From: a phage
Sequence record: PZ386970.1
Length of the DNA: 64,000 bases
Strand: one strand, 5' to 3'
The position numbers and the translations under genes are program-made. The notes beneath the pieces are model-generated. The model was not told the origin of the DNA. It did not search any database and saw nothing but the letters and a program-made list of their open reading frames with translations. Each line of letters starts with the position of its first letter. Position 1 is the stretch's first letter. Shown here in pieces: positions 10,853 through 22,000 of the stretch.

Positions 10853-13108
10853 TTAAAGCTTACAAGCAGAGCAATCTTCGGCTTTAGGTGTTTCTAATTC
10901 GTAGTCATCTGTACCTGACCCATCACGAGTGTTATGATAGTAGAGGTTTTTTCCGCCAAAGTACCAGAAGTAAAGCAGATCGTCAAGCATTACCGACATT
11001 GGCACTTTACCTTTCTCAAATACTGCAGGGTCATAGTAAGTATTAGCAGAAGCAGATTGGCACACCCATTTCAACATGATAGCAACTTGGGACAAATAAG
11101 GTTTATTACCTTTCTTAGCAAGTTTCCACGCGTAGTCGTAAAGACTCATGTTATGTTCGATATTAGGAACAACCTGTCGGAAGTTGCCTTCTTTAGATTC
11201 TTTAATACTTACAGGTCCACGAGGTGGTTCTATACCGTTTGTGCTATTTGAGACTTGACTGCTTGATTCGCACGGCATGAGTGCAGACAACGTTGAGTTA
11301 CGAATTCCGTGTTCTTTGAGTTCAGCTCGAAGTTCTTCCCAGTCACAGACGTAGTTCGGGGCTGCGATTTGGTCAATCTTTTTATTGTACCAGTCAATAG
11401 GTAATTCGCCTCTAGACCATTTAGTGTCTGAATAATACTCACAAGGTCCTTTTTCTTTGGCGAGTTTGATTGAAGCTTTGATAAGGCCATATTGTAATCT
11501 CTCGAACAATTCATGAGTCAAATCGTTAGCGTCTTCATATGAAGCAAAGTTAGAAGCTAACCATGCAGCATAGTTCGTAACACCAATACCAAGATTACGA
11601 CGCTTTTTAGCTTTTAAAGCTTCTGGGACCGGATAATCTTGATAGTCTAACAGGTTATCAAGTGCACGTACTTGTACTTCAGCAAGTTCATTAATTTTAT
11701 CTTGGTCTTGCCAATCAAATTTATCTAATACAAAAGCAGATAATGTGCATAAACCAATTTCAGCATCAGGACCATTCACATCATTAGTTGGAATAGCGAT
11801 TTCACAACATAAGTTACTCTGTCGAATTGGAGCTTTTTCACGAATAAATGGAGTGTAGTTATTCGTGTTATCAACAAACTGTGGATAAATTCGAGCAGTA
11901 CCAGAACGTTCAGTCATGAACAATTCAAAGAGTTCTAGTGCTTTGATTCTTTTCTTTCTGATTGTTGGGTCTTTTTCAGCTTTCTCATAAAGCTCACGGA
12001 ATTTATCTTGATCTTCAAAGAACGAGTAGTATAGTTCGCCTGACATTTCGTGAGGGCTAAATAAAGTAATATAATCATTTTTACCAAGGCGTTCCATCAT
12101 AAGGTTATTAATCTGAATTCCGTAGTCCATATGTCGAATACGGTTTTCATCCACGCCTTTGTTATTTTTCAGAACTAATAGGTTCTCTACTTCTAAGTGC
12201 CACATCGGATAATACGCTGTAGCAGCACCACCACGAATACCACCTTGAGAACAAGATTTTACTGCAGTTTGGAAATGTTTCCAGAATGGAATAACACCCG
12301 TATGTCGAACTTCACCCATACCGATCTTAGAACCTTCTGCACGAAGCATACCAACGTTGATACCAATACCAGCTCGTTTAGAAATATATTCAATAATTGA
12401 TGCTGAAGTTTTGTTAATAGATTTTAACGAATCACCGGCTTCAATAACTACACAACTAGAGAACTGGCGAGTTGGAGTACGAGCACCTGCCATAATTGGG
12501 GTTGGCAATGAAACTTGATGAGTAGAAACGGCATCATAAAAACGAATAATATGTTTCAAACGGTCATGGGTTTCGTCTTGGTGTAAGGCCATACCAATAG
12601 CCATGATAGCAAACTGAGGAGTTTCATAAATCTTCCCAGTTGTTTTATCTTTAACTAGATATTTTTCTTTAAGCTGCATAGCACCAGCATAAGTCAGGTC
12701 AAAGTCTCGTTCATGTTTAATCTGTGAATCGAGATAAATGATTTCTTCTGCTGAATATTGAGACAACAGCTCAGGGTCGTATTTGCCTTCATTAACACAG
12801 TAAGAAATATGGTCGATAAAAGCAGGTGGTTCAAACTGCCCATATACATCTTTACGAAGTGCAAACATTAGCCCTTTGGCGGCGACATACTGATAATCAG
12901 GTTCTTCGACAGAAATCGAGTTAGCTGCAACTTTAATACAAATCTTCTGGATATCTTTGGTGCTCATCCCATCAACCAGATGAGTCTTAATTTCTTCATA
13001 CAATTCGTATGGGTCGATTTGTGTTCCTTCACACTGCCAAGTTAAGACTTGAATAATTTTCTGTGCATCAAAATTTTGGGATACACCACTGCTCTTAGTT
13101 ACTTGCAT
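10853..13108 (-). CDS. nrdA: ribonucleotide reductase large subunit (aerobic)
   Basis: 751-aa ORF; class Ia R1 with ATP-cone N-terminus and C-terminal active-site cysteines; size matches T4 NrdA. Confidence 0.9.
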   Translation of the reverse strand: MQVTKSSGVSQNFDAQKIIQVLTWQCEGTQIDPYELYEEIKTHLVDGMSTKDIQKICIKVAANSISVEEPDYQYVAAKGLMFALRKDVYGQFEPPAFIDHISYCVNEGKYDPELLSQYSAEEIIYLDSQIKHERDFDLTYAGAMQLKEKYLVKDKTTGKIYETPQFAIMAIGMALHQDETHDRLKHIIRFYDAVSTHQVSLPTPIMAGARTPTRQFSSCVVIEAGDSLKSINKTSASIIEYISKRAGIGINVGMLRAEGSKIGMGEVRHTGVIPFWKHFQTAVKSCSQGGIRGGAATAYYPMWHLEVENLLVLKNNKGVDENRIRHMDYGIQINNLMMERLGKNDYITLFSPHEMSGELYYSFFEDQDKFRELYEKAEKDPTIRKKRIKALELFELFMTERSGTARIYPQFVDNTNNYTPFIREKAPIRQSNLCCEIAIPTNDVNGPDAEIGLCTLSAFVLDKFDWQDQDKINELAEVQVRALDNLLDYQDYPVPEALKAKKRRNLGIGVTNYAAWLASNFASYEDANDLTHELFERLQYGLIKASIKLAKEKGPCEYYSDTKWSRGELPIDWYNKKIDQIAAPNYVCDWEELRAELKEHGIRNSTLSALMPCESSSQVSNSTNGIEPPRGPVSIKESKEGNFRQVVPNIEHNMSLYDYAWKLAKKGNKPYLSQVAIMLKWVCQSASANTYYDPAVFEKGKVPMSVMLDDLLYFWYFGGKNLYYHNTRDGSGTDDYELETPKAEDCSACKL

Positions 13109-13195
13109 ATATTCCTCAGTATAGGTTGATAGACATTACTCCAAACGGGATAGTATTTATCCCGTTAATTTATTATACACTTTTAAACTGAAGCG

Positions 13196-13450
13196 TTAAT
13201 TATCCTCAGCAATAATTTCTTCATATTCTTTAGGAGTCAAGACTGTAATATCGAAATAAACCAGAGGCTCTTTTTCCATACCGAATCCACCACAGAATTC
13301 ACGATATTCATAAATTCGTTCATGTGAATGGCAAATGAATCGTTCACCTTTAACTGTGATTTCACTATTCGGTGAAGGGATATCTAGTTCGGTAGGATTT
13401 TTCATTTCAAAAATTGTGGTGCCATATGAATTAATAAAACGTAAAATCAT
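13196..13450 (-). CDS. hypothetical protein (nrdA.1-position)
   Basis: track ORF 13196..13513 trimmed to first in-frame ATG after the td stop (start by codon arithmetic). Confidence 0.4.
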   Translation of the reverse strand: MILRFINSYGTTIFEMKNPTELDIPSPNSEITVKGERFICHSHERIYEYREFCGGFGMEKEPLVYFDITVLTPKEYEEIIAEDN

Positions 13451-13451
13451 T

Positions 13452-14312
13452 TTATACCGCCATTTTAGCTTTGATAGCTGGATGTGATTCGTAATTTTTA
13501 AGAATGAAATCACTCAGATTCATATGCTCTGTTACCCAATGAAGCTGTAATGTCGTGCTCCAATCAGAGAATCCTTCAGGCCAATCAATTTTAAGTTCAC
13601 ACAGTTCTTTAGGCTCACGACGTAAAACTTCTTTGCATTGCTCTACGTGGTTGCTGTAGATATGCGTATTGCCGCCTGAGAACACTAAATCACCCGGGAT
13701 AAGATTACACATCTTAGCCACAATATGCGTCAAGGCGGCGTACGAGGCAATGTTGAATGGCAAGCCCAAGAAAACATCAACACTTCTCTGGTACCATTGT
13801 AAATCAAGATGTCCATTACGCACATTGAACTGATAGAACATGTGGCAAGGAGGAAGAGCCATTTGATTTATTTCGGCCGGATTCCAGGCAGAAACAATTT
13901 GACGACGATCAGTTGGTAATTTTTTAATACGGTCGATTGTTTCAACTAATTGGTCCACACCACCGAAATCACGCCATTGTTTACCATATATAGGACCAAG
14001 TTCACCACTATGATAACCAAGGTCTTTTGCCTGATTTTCGTAATTATCGTCCCAAATAGTTTTACCTTCAATTAGGCTACCATGAGTACGAAGTCGTAAT
14101 TCATTAACATTAGTAGAACCAGACATGAACCACAGTAACTCGGCAATACAAGCTTTCCATGCTAATTTCTTAGTTGTTACTGCAGGGAATCCTTTAGTCA
14201 GGTCCCAACGTAATTTAGTTCCGAACAGGGCAATAGTGCCGGTACCTGTACGGTCGTCTGTTTCATAGCCATTTTCTAAGATATCTTTAATCAAATCTTG
14301 ATATTGTTTCAT
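13452..14312 (-). CDS. td: thymidylate synthase
   Basis: 286-aa uninterrupted ORF with TS motifs (PPCH, YQRSVDVFLGLPFNIASYA); same length as spliced T4 Td; no group I intron. Confidence 0.9.
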   Translation of the reverse strand: MKQYQDLIKDILENGYETDDRTGTGTIALFGTKLRWDLTKGFPAVTTKKLAWKACIAELLWFMSGSTNVNELRLRTHGSLIEGKTIWDDNYENQAKDLGYHSGELGPIYGKQWRDFGGVDQLVETIDRIKKLPTDRRQIVSAWNPAEINQMALPPCHMFYQFNVRNGHLDLQWYQRSVDVFLGLPFNIASYAALTHIVAKMCNLIPGDLVFSGGNTHIYSNHVEQCKEVLRREPKELCELKIDWPEGFSDWSTTLQLHWVTEHMNLSDFILKNYESHPAIKAKMAV

Positions 14313-14896
14313 TTATACACGCTCTCAGTAATTTCGGTGAGTTCATCGATTCTGTAGTAATGAGATTCTACCATAGAACGTTGAAGCATAATATCTTGGA
14401 CGAAATCTTTATCAAGTTGAACATCGGAATTAACCCGACATTTCTTAATGATTTTAGTCATCACGATTTCATCGGCATAAGGCAGTGCTTGTTTCAGTAA
14501 AGCAGGGCCACCGATAACAGATACATCAACATGTTCAGTAGAAAGTTTAAACGGTGCATCGGATGCAGGGCTAAACAGATTAATTTCACTACCCATTACC
14601 AAGGTAATAAATTCTGCTTGAGTGATATAGAAATGCGCAAGTTTGTTGGTTTTATTCCTAGGCAGTTTTCTGGCCATATCAGTGACAACCACATGAGTAC
14701 GATCCGGGAGTAGACGAGGTAATGATGCAAATGTCTTAGCACCCATAACCATTACGGTGTTTTTAGTACGAGCAACAAAGTTACTCATATCTTGTTTGAT
14801 ATGCTTCCATGGCAGCCCATCACCTAATCCAAAAGCATATTCCAGTTTATCATCAACGGCTTTAGACGGTGCGCATGCGAACACTAATTTAAGCAT
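14309..14896 (-). CDS. frd: dihydrofolate reductase
   Basis: 195-aa ORF directly upstream of td with 4-nt overlap; size and position as T4 Frd. Confidence 0.85.
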   Translation of the reverse strand: MLKLVFACAPSKAVDDKLEYAFGLGDGLPWKHIKQDMSNFVARTKNTVMVMGAKTFASLPRLLPDRTHVVVTDMARKLPRNKTNKLAHFYITQAEFITLVMGSEINLFSPASDAPFKLSTEHVDVSVIGGPALLKQALPYADEIVMTKIIKKCRVNSDVQLDKDFVQDIMLQRSMVESHYYRIDELTEITESVYK

Positions 14897-14898
14897 TT

Positions 14899-15147
14899 TT
14901 ATTTCCTCAGATTTTTCTTAACAACTTTCCAATCGGCTTTAAACGATTCAACATCAGAGTGGTGAATCCAGAATCCTGCGCTTTCACCATCTTCGTAGAG
15001 TGGACATCTGTCACATTCTTCGTTCCAACCCATTTCGCGTAAAGCTTCTTCAGCTTGTTCAAGGAGTTCGGCGTCTTTACCAATGATGTTGAAGTACCAT
15101 TTACCTCTAACTTCAGAATCTTTGATGCTCTGGCGTTGCAATCTCAT
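14899..15147 (-). CDS. hypothetical protein (frd.x-region)
   Basis: 82-aa ORF from track. Confidence 0.5.
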   Translation of the reverse strand: MRLQRQSIKDSEVRGKWYFNIIGKDAELLEQAEEALREMGWNEECDRCPLYEDGESAGFWIHHSDVESFKADWKVVKKNLRK

Positions 15148-15210
15148 TTTATTCTCCTCTTCACTTTTATTTGATAGGGCTATTATAACATAACCCTATC
15201 CGATTGTATA

Positions 15211-15615
15211 CTACTTTTTAAAAGTTTTTTGCAAAAGTTTGATGATTTCGTCGACGTTGGTTTCATCTACGATACAATGGATTTTTGTTACACCTAAAGT
15301 TATACCTTCGTTAGTAGGTTGAGGCTTTACTAAATCTACCTCAGTAAAGTACTCAATAAAGTATTTAAACTCGTCAGGATAAATCTCAAAATAAGTTTCA
15401 ATTTCACCACCGGCAGAACATACAGTACCATCTTCCATAGTTACACTTACTACGTTTGACGTATCGCTATCATAATCAGGTTCCATTCCGTTTACAACAA
15501 AACTAGGCCCGTGGAGTTCAATCAGTTTTAACATCTTAGCGTTATTATGTGGTGCTTCTTGAACAAAGTCGTCTTTAAATAAAGGGTTAATGATATAAGA
15601 TTTTCCGATTTCCAT
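15211..15615 (-). CDS. hypothetical protein (frd.x-region)
   Basis: 134-aa ORF from track. Confidence 0.5.
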   Translation of the reverse strand: MEIGKSYIINPLFKDDFVQEAPHNNAKMLKLIELHGPSFVVNGMEPDYDSDTSNVVSVTMEDGTVCSAGGEIETYFEIYPDEFKYFIEYFTEVDLVKPQPTNEGITLGVTKIHCIVDETNVDEIIKLLQKTFKK

Positions 15616-15696
15616 TTTGATTTCCTCATGTTGTTGATATGTCTATACTAATACATCCAGGGAAGAAGTAAACAACTTTTTCGGCAATTTACAGAT

Positions 15697-15721
15697 ACTC
15701 AAAAGGGAGACCGAAGTCTCC
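15697..15721 (-). terminator. intrinsic terminator hairpin downstream of gene 32 (GGGAGAC-UUCG-GUCUCCC + U-tract)
   Basis: same hairpin sequence as at ~950; located just after gene 32 stop. Confidence 0.6.
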
Positions 15722-15728
15722 CAATTTA

Positions 15729-16631
15729 TTATAGACCGGCTAACAGGTCATCGAGGTCACCATCATCAGAGGATGAGGTAGAGCTCATGAAGTCATCTTC
15801 AGTTTTTGCAGAACTAAAGGCTTCCATGTCTTTATCAAAATCGTCAAGGTCAGAAGCAACTTTATCTGCAACAGAAGCTGCTGCGGCTGCTGCACCACCA
15901 AGAGCGGCAGTACCAAGAACCTTAGCGAAAGATTCATTTAATTTTTCAAAAGATTTGAACTGGTCTTTAGCCGTCAAAGTAGTAAGGTCTACCATCTGGT
16001 CATATAGTTCTTTCTGGAATGCTTCGTCATTAATACGAGGAATTTCAGATTGACCCAAGAATTTAGATTCGTCATAGTTGCTAAAACCGGAAACCTGCTT
16101 AGCTTTCAGAACGAAGTTGGCACCTTCAAACGGACAAGTAACATCAACTGGAGTTTCACCCATTTCGGTATCAACTGCAATCATTGCATTGATTTTGTCC
16201 CAAATCTTTTTACCGAAACGATATTTAAATACTTTACCTTCGTTATCTGGAGCTTGAGGGTCTTTAACAACCAGAATATTAGCCCAATAAGAAGTTTTAC
16301 GTTTCAGTTGAGAATATTCAGTTTTGTTGGTATTGTACAGGTCATTTTTACTAATGTACTGACATACAGGACAAGAGTCGTAATCACCATGTGTAGAAGA
16401 GCAATTTTCAATATACCATTTACCATTTTTCTTGAAACCGTGGTTAACAAGAATTGCAAATGGTAGTGCGTCATCAGTTTTTGCTGGCAAGAAACGAATT
16501 ACCGCTTGACCATTACCTGATGCATCTAGCTTCAGCTTCCATTCGCCTTTATCTTCTGAAGAAAAACCTTTGTTACCGTTCAGTTTAGCCATTTGAGCAG
16601 CGAGGTCAGCAGTAGATTTACGTTTAAACAT
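15729..16631 (-). CDS. 32: gp32 single-stranded DNA-binding protein
   Basis: 300-aa ORF; N-terminus [35 protein letters not shown] and zinc-binding Cys/His region match T4 gp32; acidic C-terminal tail. Confidence 0.92.
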   Translation of the reverse strand: MFKRKSTADLAAQMAKLNGNKGFSSEDKGEWKLKLDASGNGQAVIRFLPAKTDDALPFAILVNHGFKKNGKWYIENCSSTHGDYDSCPVCQYISKNDLYNTNKTEYSQLKRKTSYWANILVVKDPQAPDNEGKVFKYRFGKKIWDKINAMIAVDTEMGETPVDVTCPFEGANFVLKAKQVSGFSNYDESKFLGQSEIPRINDEAFQKELYDQMVDLTTLTAKDQFKSFEKLNESFAKVLGTAALGGAAAAAASVADKVASDLDDFDKDMEAFSSAKTEDDFMSSTSSSDDGDLDDLLAGL

Positions 16632-16747
16632 TATATTTACCTTTATTTAGATTATTTAATTTATTTACAGTTGGTTGCTACGACACTTATACCTCGTAGC
16701 TGGTATGATTTATTTATAAAGTAATTTTAACACACAAGAAATAAAGC

Positions 16748-17401
16748 TTAATACTTACATGATTTGATTGTTTCTATGAACAATTTCTTAGCAGCATTTC
16801 CATCGATTTGGAGTATTTTTCGATATGCCTTTAATTTGGTAGAATAATTTTGCCAGACTAAATTGTCAGTAAGTTCGTCGTGTTTATCTATAATATTCAA
16901 GAATGAATCCAACAACAAGAAGGTTTCAAACGAAATTATATTGCTTTGTAGCAATTTAAATATGTAGCTCGACTGAACTTTATTATTATAATCAAATATC
17001 TCTTGAAGCGCACTAACTTCCACTTTCTTACTGAAATAGTAGATGTTACGTACATCTTCAGCAAACGTCTCCTTGGCTTGTTTGAGACGTCCAATATATT
17101 CCCTATAGAAAACTAATGCATCAGCGTCTGATATCTCACCAATCCATGCATCTTGGTTAGCAACTAAGTTACTGATGAATATCAAGGTGAGTTCCTTTAA
17201 CTTATATTTCTCTGCTAGTTTCTCAAAGAAATATTTATCTCGGCGTTTTTGATACGCATTATCCGAAACACGCATGCACCAGTTATATTTGATTACGTCA
17301 TACCGACCATTAAAATGTTGTTTGCACATCAAGTATAGTTTGTATACCGATTTTCCGTTAATATAACGTTCTCCATCAGGAGGCATGCGTATTTTAATCA
17401 T
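16748..17401 (-). CDS. 59: gp59 helicase-loading protein
   Basis: 217-aa ORF (same as T4 gp59) directly upstream of gene 32. Confidence 0.8.
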   Translation of the reverse strand: MIKIRMPPDGERYINGKSVYKLYLMCKQHFNGRYDVIKYNWCMRVSDNAYQKRRDKYFFEKLAEKYKLKELTLIFISNLVANQDAWIGEISDADALVFYREYIGRLKQAKETFAEDVRNIYYFSKKVEVSALQEIFDYNNKVQSSYIFKLLQSNIISFETFLLLDSFLNIIDKHDELTDNLVWQNYSTKLKAYRKILQIDGNAAKKLFIETIKSCKY

Positions 17402-17736
17402 AATAAGAAATCTAACGTATTAGTTTTTTCACCACGAGCAACTGATGGGCGAAGCATGTTTTCGTCAATTGCTTCGCTTGTAATTTTTTCAACAATTCCT
17501 GTAGGAATAAATTTAGCAAATTGTGTTTCTGGAATAGAATTTTCTTCCAAGAAAGCAGTTGTTGCTTCTAAATAAGACATACCAAATTGTTCAACCATAG
17601 ATTCGATAATGAATCCATTTTCTTGGCGGTCAAGCAATTTAGCGATATCATCTTTATCGTGTTTTACTGCTAATTCTTGTTCAGATAAACCGGCCTCATC
17701 AACCGGTTTAATATCACTTAGTGAAAACTGTGTCAT
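17398..17736 (-). CDS. 33: gp33 late-transcription co-activator
   Basis: 112-aa acidic ORF (same length as T4 gp33) between 59 and dsbA. Confidence 0.75.
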   Translation of the reverse strand: MTQFSLSDIKPVDEAGLSEQELAVKHDKDDIAKLLDRQENGFIIESMVEQFGMSYLEATTAFLEENSIPETQFAKFIPTGIVEKITSEAIDENMLRPSVARGEKTNTLDFLL

Positions 17737-17983
17737 AAAGCTCGACTACCTCTTCGTTTTCAGCTTCAAATTGGTCACGAGCATCTTTATGATAAAGAGC
17801 TAACAAACGATTAAACATTTTTCCATCGACACCAAGCTCTTCTTTAGCACGAGTACGAATGTCTTTAATCAGTTCATTATAACCAGAAATTTTAAGTTTG
17901 TTATCGGAAGCTTCCTTGACTAGTTTAGCAAGTTCTTCACCATGCACATCTTGATTAAATTCAACTGCTTCTTTCTTAGCCAT
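17714..17983 (-). CDS. dsbA: DsbA double-stranded DNA-binding protein
   Basis: track ORF 17714..18001 trimmed to internal ATG (MAKKEAVEF...) 8 nt after rnh stop; ~89 aa as in T4. Confidence 0.65.
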   Translation of the reverse strand: MAKKEAVEFNQDVHGEELAKLVKEASDNKLKISGYNELIKDIRTRAKEELGVDGKMFNRLLALYHKDARDQFEAENEEVVELYDTVFTK

Positions 17984-17990
17984 GTTTACC

Positions 17991-18908
17991 TCAGAATTCA
18001 TTAATTACACTTGTTAATTTAGAAAGACCAGATTTTACAAAGTATGAATAAATCTTGCCTTTAGGTTGTTGTTTATATGAGTTATAATACTCTATAATGG
18101 TTGAAGCAATATTATCAGGGATATAATCAAAATCAATGAGAACCAAATTTTCTTGGTATCGTTTATATTCTTCAGCACTTAATAATACTTCAGCTTGAGA
18201 ACGGTCATTAGCAATTGCTTCAATAATCGTTGTTTTCATGCTCGGAGTTCGTTCACCTTCAACTCGAGTAAACCAGAAGTCACCACGAACTCGAACAGAT
18301 GCAACACCATCCTTACGGTCGCCTTTAAGAATTTTAGTCATGCAATCAATTTCAGCAGAACCGTTCTTAATTTTAACCCATTTTTTCTGTGGTGGCGACC
18401 ACTGTTTAACGTTAGGATATTTGTGTAATTGTGTAAAGTCACCATCTGATGCAACAATACATACCTTATGACCGGCTAATGACAAATATTTAGTTAATAC
18501 ACCGATATGGTCATCCGCTTCATACTTGTCAATATCCATTACAACGTATGGCATGTATTTCTTAATCTCATCAACAACTTGATGGAGTGCAGTAAAATAT
18601 CCTTCCCAATCCCACTTTGAAGCTTCACGATCGGTTTTACGATTTTTCTTGTAATAGTAAGCAAAGTCGCGTCGCCAATAACCTGAAGTAGCATTATCCA
18701 TACACAATACAAATTTTGTATAACCTTGCTTACGGAACATCACTACGTTTTTACGAATTGAATTCAAGATTACATGGCGAACCATTGGAACAGTAATTTT
18801 ATCACCGTCTTCAAAGTTGTTTAATGCGGCAGCCAATGCAATGTTACTAAAGTCAGCAAGTGCAATACCTTCTTTGTAATCTTCATCCAACATCATTTCT
18901 AAATCCAT
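17991..18908 (-). CDS. rnh: RNase H (5'-3' exonuclease, FEN family)
   Basis: 305-aa ORF, same length as T4 RNase H; FEN-1-like acidic clusters. Confidence 0.85.
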   Translation of the reverse strand: MDLEMMLDEDYKEGIALADFSNIALAAALNNFEDGDKITVPMVRHVILNSIRKNVVMFRKQGYTKFVLCMDNATSGYWRRDFAYYYKKNRKTDREASKWDWEGYFTALHQVVDEIKKYMPYVVMDIDKYEADDHIGVLTKYLSLAGHKVCIVASDGDFTQLHKYPNVKQWSPPQKKWVKIKNGSAEIDCMTKILKGDRKDGVASVRVRGDFWFTRVEGERTPSMKTTIIEAIANDRSQAEVLLSAEEYKRYQENLVLIDFDYIPDNIASTIIEYYNSYKQQPKGKIYSYFVKSGLSKLTSVINEF

Positions 18909-18939
18909 ATGAACCTCTTGTTCAGTTAGTCAACTTGTC

Positions 18940-18970
18940 TATAGTAACATACTCATTTGAAAGCGTAAAC
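18940..18970 (-). promoter_or_regulatory. early-type promoter for rnh
   Basis: minus strand GTTTAC ~18 nt TACTAT upstream of rnh start; approximate. Confidence 0.4.
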
Positions 18971-18973
18971 TGG

Positions 18974-18981
18974 TATAAATA
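18974..18981 (+). promoter_or_regulatory. T4 late promoter (TATAAATA) for gene 34
   Basis: exact TATAAATA ~30 nt upstream of gene 34 ATG, followed by AAGGA RBS. Confidence 0.7.
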
Positions 18982-19011
18982 AGTATTATTGAAACAATAA
19001 AGGAAAAACGA

Positions 19012-22000
19012 ATGGCCGACATCAAACGTAAGTTCAGAGCCGAAGACGGTCTGGACGCCGGTGGCGACAAGATTGTTAACGTAGCATTAGCCGACCGTAC
19101 AGTAGGTACTGATGGCGTAAACGTTGACTTCCTGGTACAAGAAAACACCGTTCAAGTATATGATTCTACGCGTGGATATAACAAAGGATTTGTTGTTCTT
19201 TATGACAACCGTTTATATCAAGCAATAAATGATATCGTGTCTCCTTCAGGGGCATTTAACCTTTTACAATGGCGTGCAGTTCGTACTGATGCACAATGGA
19301 TAACTGTCGCTTCTGGGGCTTATCAACTTTCTTCAGGTGAATCGATTTCGGTTAACACTGGTGCCGGCAATGATATGGTTTTCACGTTGCCAAATGCGCC
19401 GGTTGATGGCGATACTGTTGTTTTGGCTGATATTGGTGGAAGAACCGGGACAGTTAAAGTACAGATTAACGCGTCTGTACAGAGTATTTTAAACTTTAGA
19501 GGTGAACAGGTTCGTACGGTTTTAATGACGCGACCACGTTCACAACTATTGTTTGTGTTTAGTAATCGTTTGTGGCAGATGTATATTACCGATTATGGTA
19601 AAGAATCAATCACTGTTACACCTGCGACACCATATCAAGCACAAGCAAATGATTTTATCGTTCGTCGTTTTACTAGTGCAGCACCAATCAACATTACACT
19701 TCCACGTAATGCTAACAATGGTGATATAATCAGCCTAGTCGATTTAGATAGATTAAACCCACTGTATCATACATTTGTTAAAACATTTGATGATACAACG
19801 TCTATTGGTGAAGTCGGGACTCATATTGCCGAAGGCAGAAATGACTCTGACGCGTTTTTTGTTTTTGATGCTGCAAATAGTTTATGGCGTATATGGGAAG
19901 GCGACCAGAAATCGCGTCTTCGTATTATCCGTGCGGATTCAAATATTCGTCCAAATGAAGAAGTTCTTATTTTTGGCACAAATAACATTACTACAGGAAC
20001 TATTAATCTTACGCTGCCTTCCGGAATTTTGAGTGGTGACACTGTTAAAATTTCAATGAACTACATGCGTAAAGGCCAAACGGTAAAAATTAAAGCTGCC
20101 GAAGGTGATACAATTGCTTCCACTGTTGCATTGCTTCAGTTCCCTAAACGTTCTGAATATCCACCTGATGCTCAATGGGTTTCTGTTACTGAACTAGAAT
20201 TCAATGGCACTACTTCATATGTTCCTGTATTAGAATTAGCGTATATCGAAGACACCGTTGCTGGTACACGTTATTGGGTTGTTCAACAAAACGTCCCAAC
20301 CGTAGAACGTGTTGATGCTGGAACTGATGCTACACGAGCTCGTTTAGGTGTTATTGCTCTTGCTACTCAAGCGCAAGCAAATGTTGATTTAGAGAATACT
20401 CCTGCTAAAGAAGTTGCTATTACTCCTGAAACGTTGGCAAATCGTACAGCAACTGAAGCTCGACGTGGTATCGCTAAAATTGCTACAACAGCACAAGTTA
20501 ACCAGAATTCCACAGCAACATTTGTGGACGATACTATTGTTACGCCTAAAAAACTAAATGAGCGTACAGCAACTGAAACTCGCCGTGGTCTTGCTGAAAT
20601 TGCTACTCAGGCTGAAACCGATGCAGGTCTTGATGACACAACGATTATTACGCCTAAGAAATTACAGGCACGTCAGGGTTCTGAAACACTATCTGGTATA
20701 GTTAAATATGTATCAACTACTTCTGCTACTCCTGCTGAAACTCGTGGGACTGCAGGCACTAACGTTTATAATAAAACCGTAAATAATTTAACTATTTCTC
20801 CTAAAGCCCTTGACCAATATAAAGCAACTTATGCTCAACAAGGTGCAGTAATTTTAGCTGTTGATAGTGAAGTAATTGCTGGACAATCTCAGTCTGGATA
20901 CTCTCACGCTGTAGTAACTCCTGAAACACTACATAAGAAAACTTCTACTGATGGACGTATTGGTTTAATTGAAATTGCTACGCAAGCAGAAACTAATGCT
21001 GGGACTGATTATACACGTGCAGTAACGCCTAAGACGTTAAATGATAGGAAAGCTACGGAAGGATTATCCGGCATAGCCGAAATTGCTACGCAAGTTGAAT
21101 TTGATACTGGAACTGATGATACTCGTATCTCGACTCCACTGAAAATTAAAACTCATTTTGATTCTTCTGACCGTACCAGTGTTAATTCTGATTCCGGACT
21201 TATTGAAGAAGGAACCTTGTGGAACCATTATACTCTTGATATTTCTAAAGCAAATGAAACACAACGTGGTACACTTCGCGTAGCGACTCAGGCAGAATCT
21301 AATGCAGGAACTTTAGATGATGTTCTTATTACTCCTAAAAAGCTTTTAGGGACTAAGTCCACTGAAACGTCTGAAGGCGTAATTAAGGTTGCTACTCAGG
21401 CTGAAACTGTAACAGGAACTTCTGCTAATACTGCTGTATCTCCTAAGAATTTAAAATGGATTGTCCAAAACGAACCAACATGGGCTGCTACTACAGCAAT
21501 TCGCGGATTCGTTAAAACTTCATCCGGTTCAATTACATTCGTTGGCAACGATACTCAAGGTAGTACCCAGGACCTGAATCTTTACGAGAAAAATAGTTAT
21601 GCTATTTCTCCATATGAATTAAACCGTGTATTAGCAAATTATTTGCCATTAAAAGCAAAAGCTGCTGACGCAAATTTATTAGATGGACTAGATTCATCTC
21701 AGTTCATTCGTAGAGATATTGCACAGACGGTTAATGGTTCACTAACCTTAACCCAACAAACTAACCTGAGTGCCCCTCTTGTATCAACTAGTACTGCTAC
21801 GTTTGGTGGTTCGGTATCTGCCAATAGTACATTGACTATTTCTAATACGGGAACAGCTACTCGTCTGATTTTTGAGAAAGGACCTCAAACTGGAACTAAC
21901 CCAGCGCAGACGATGAGTATCAGAGTTTGGGGAAATCAGTTTGGTGGCGGTTCAGATACAACACGTTCTACTGTATTTGAAGTTGGTGATGAAACGTCTA

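Noticed and set aside
15787-16466. Two plus-strand ORFs (88 and 138 aa)
   Set aside because: Antisense to gene 32; Ala-rich translation mirrors the gene 32 acidic/Ala-rich tail
15729-16631. Apparent single-base frame disruptions when gene 32 and dmd were translated by eye
   Set aside because: The ORF track shows intact full-length ORFs of the correct length; attributed to my own transcription error rather than real frameshifts
19775-20042. Short ORFs on both strands inside gene 34
   Set aside because: Embedded in the long gp34 reading frame; no independent signals
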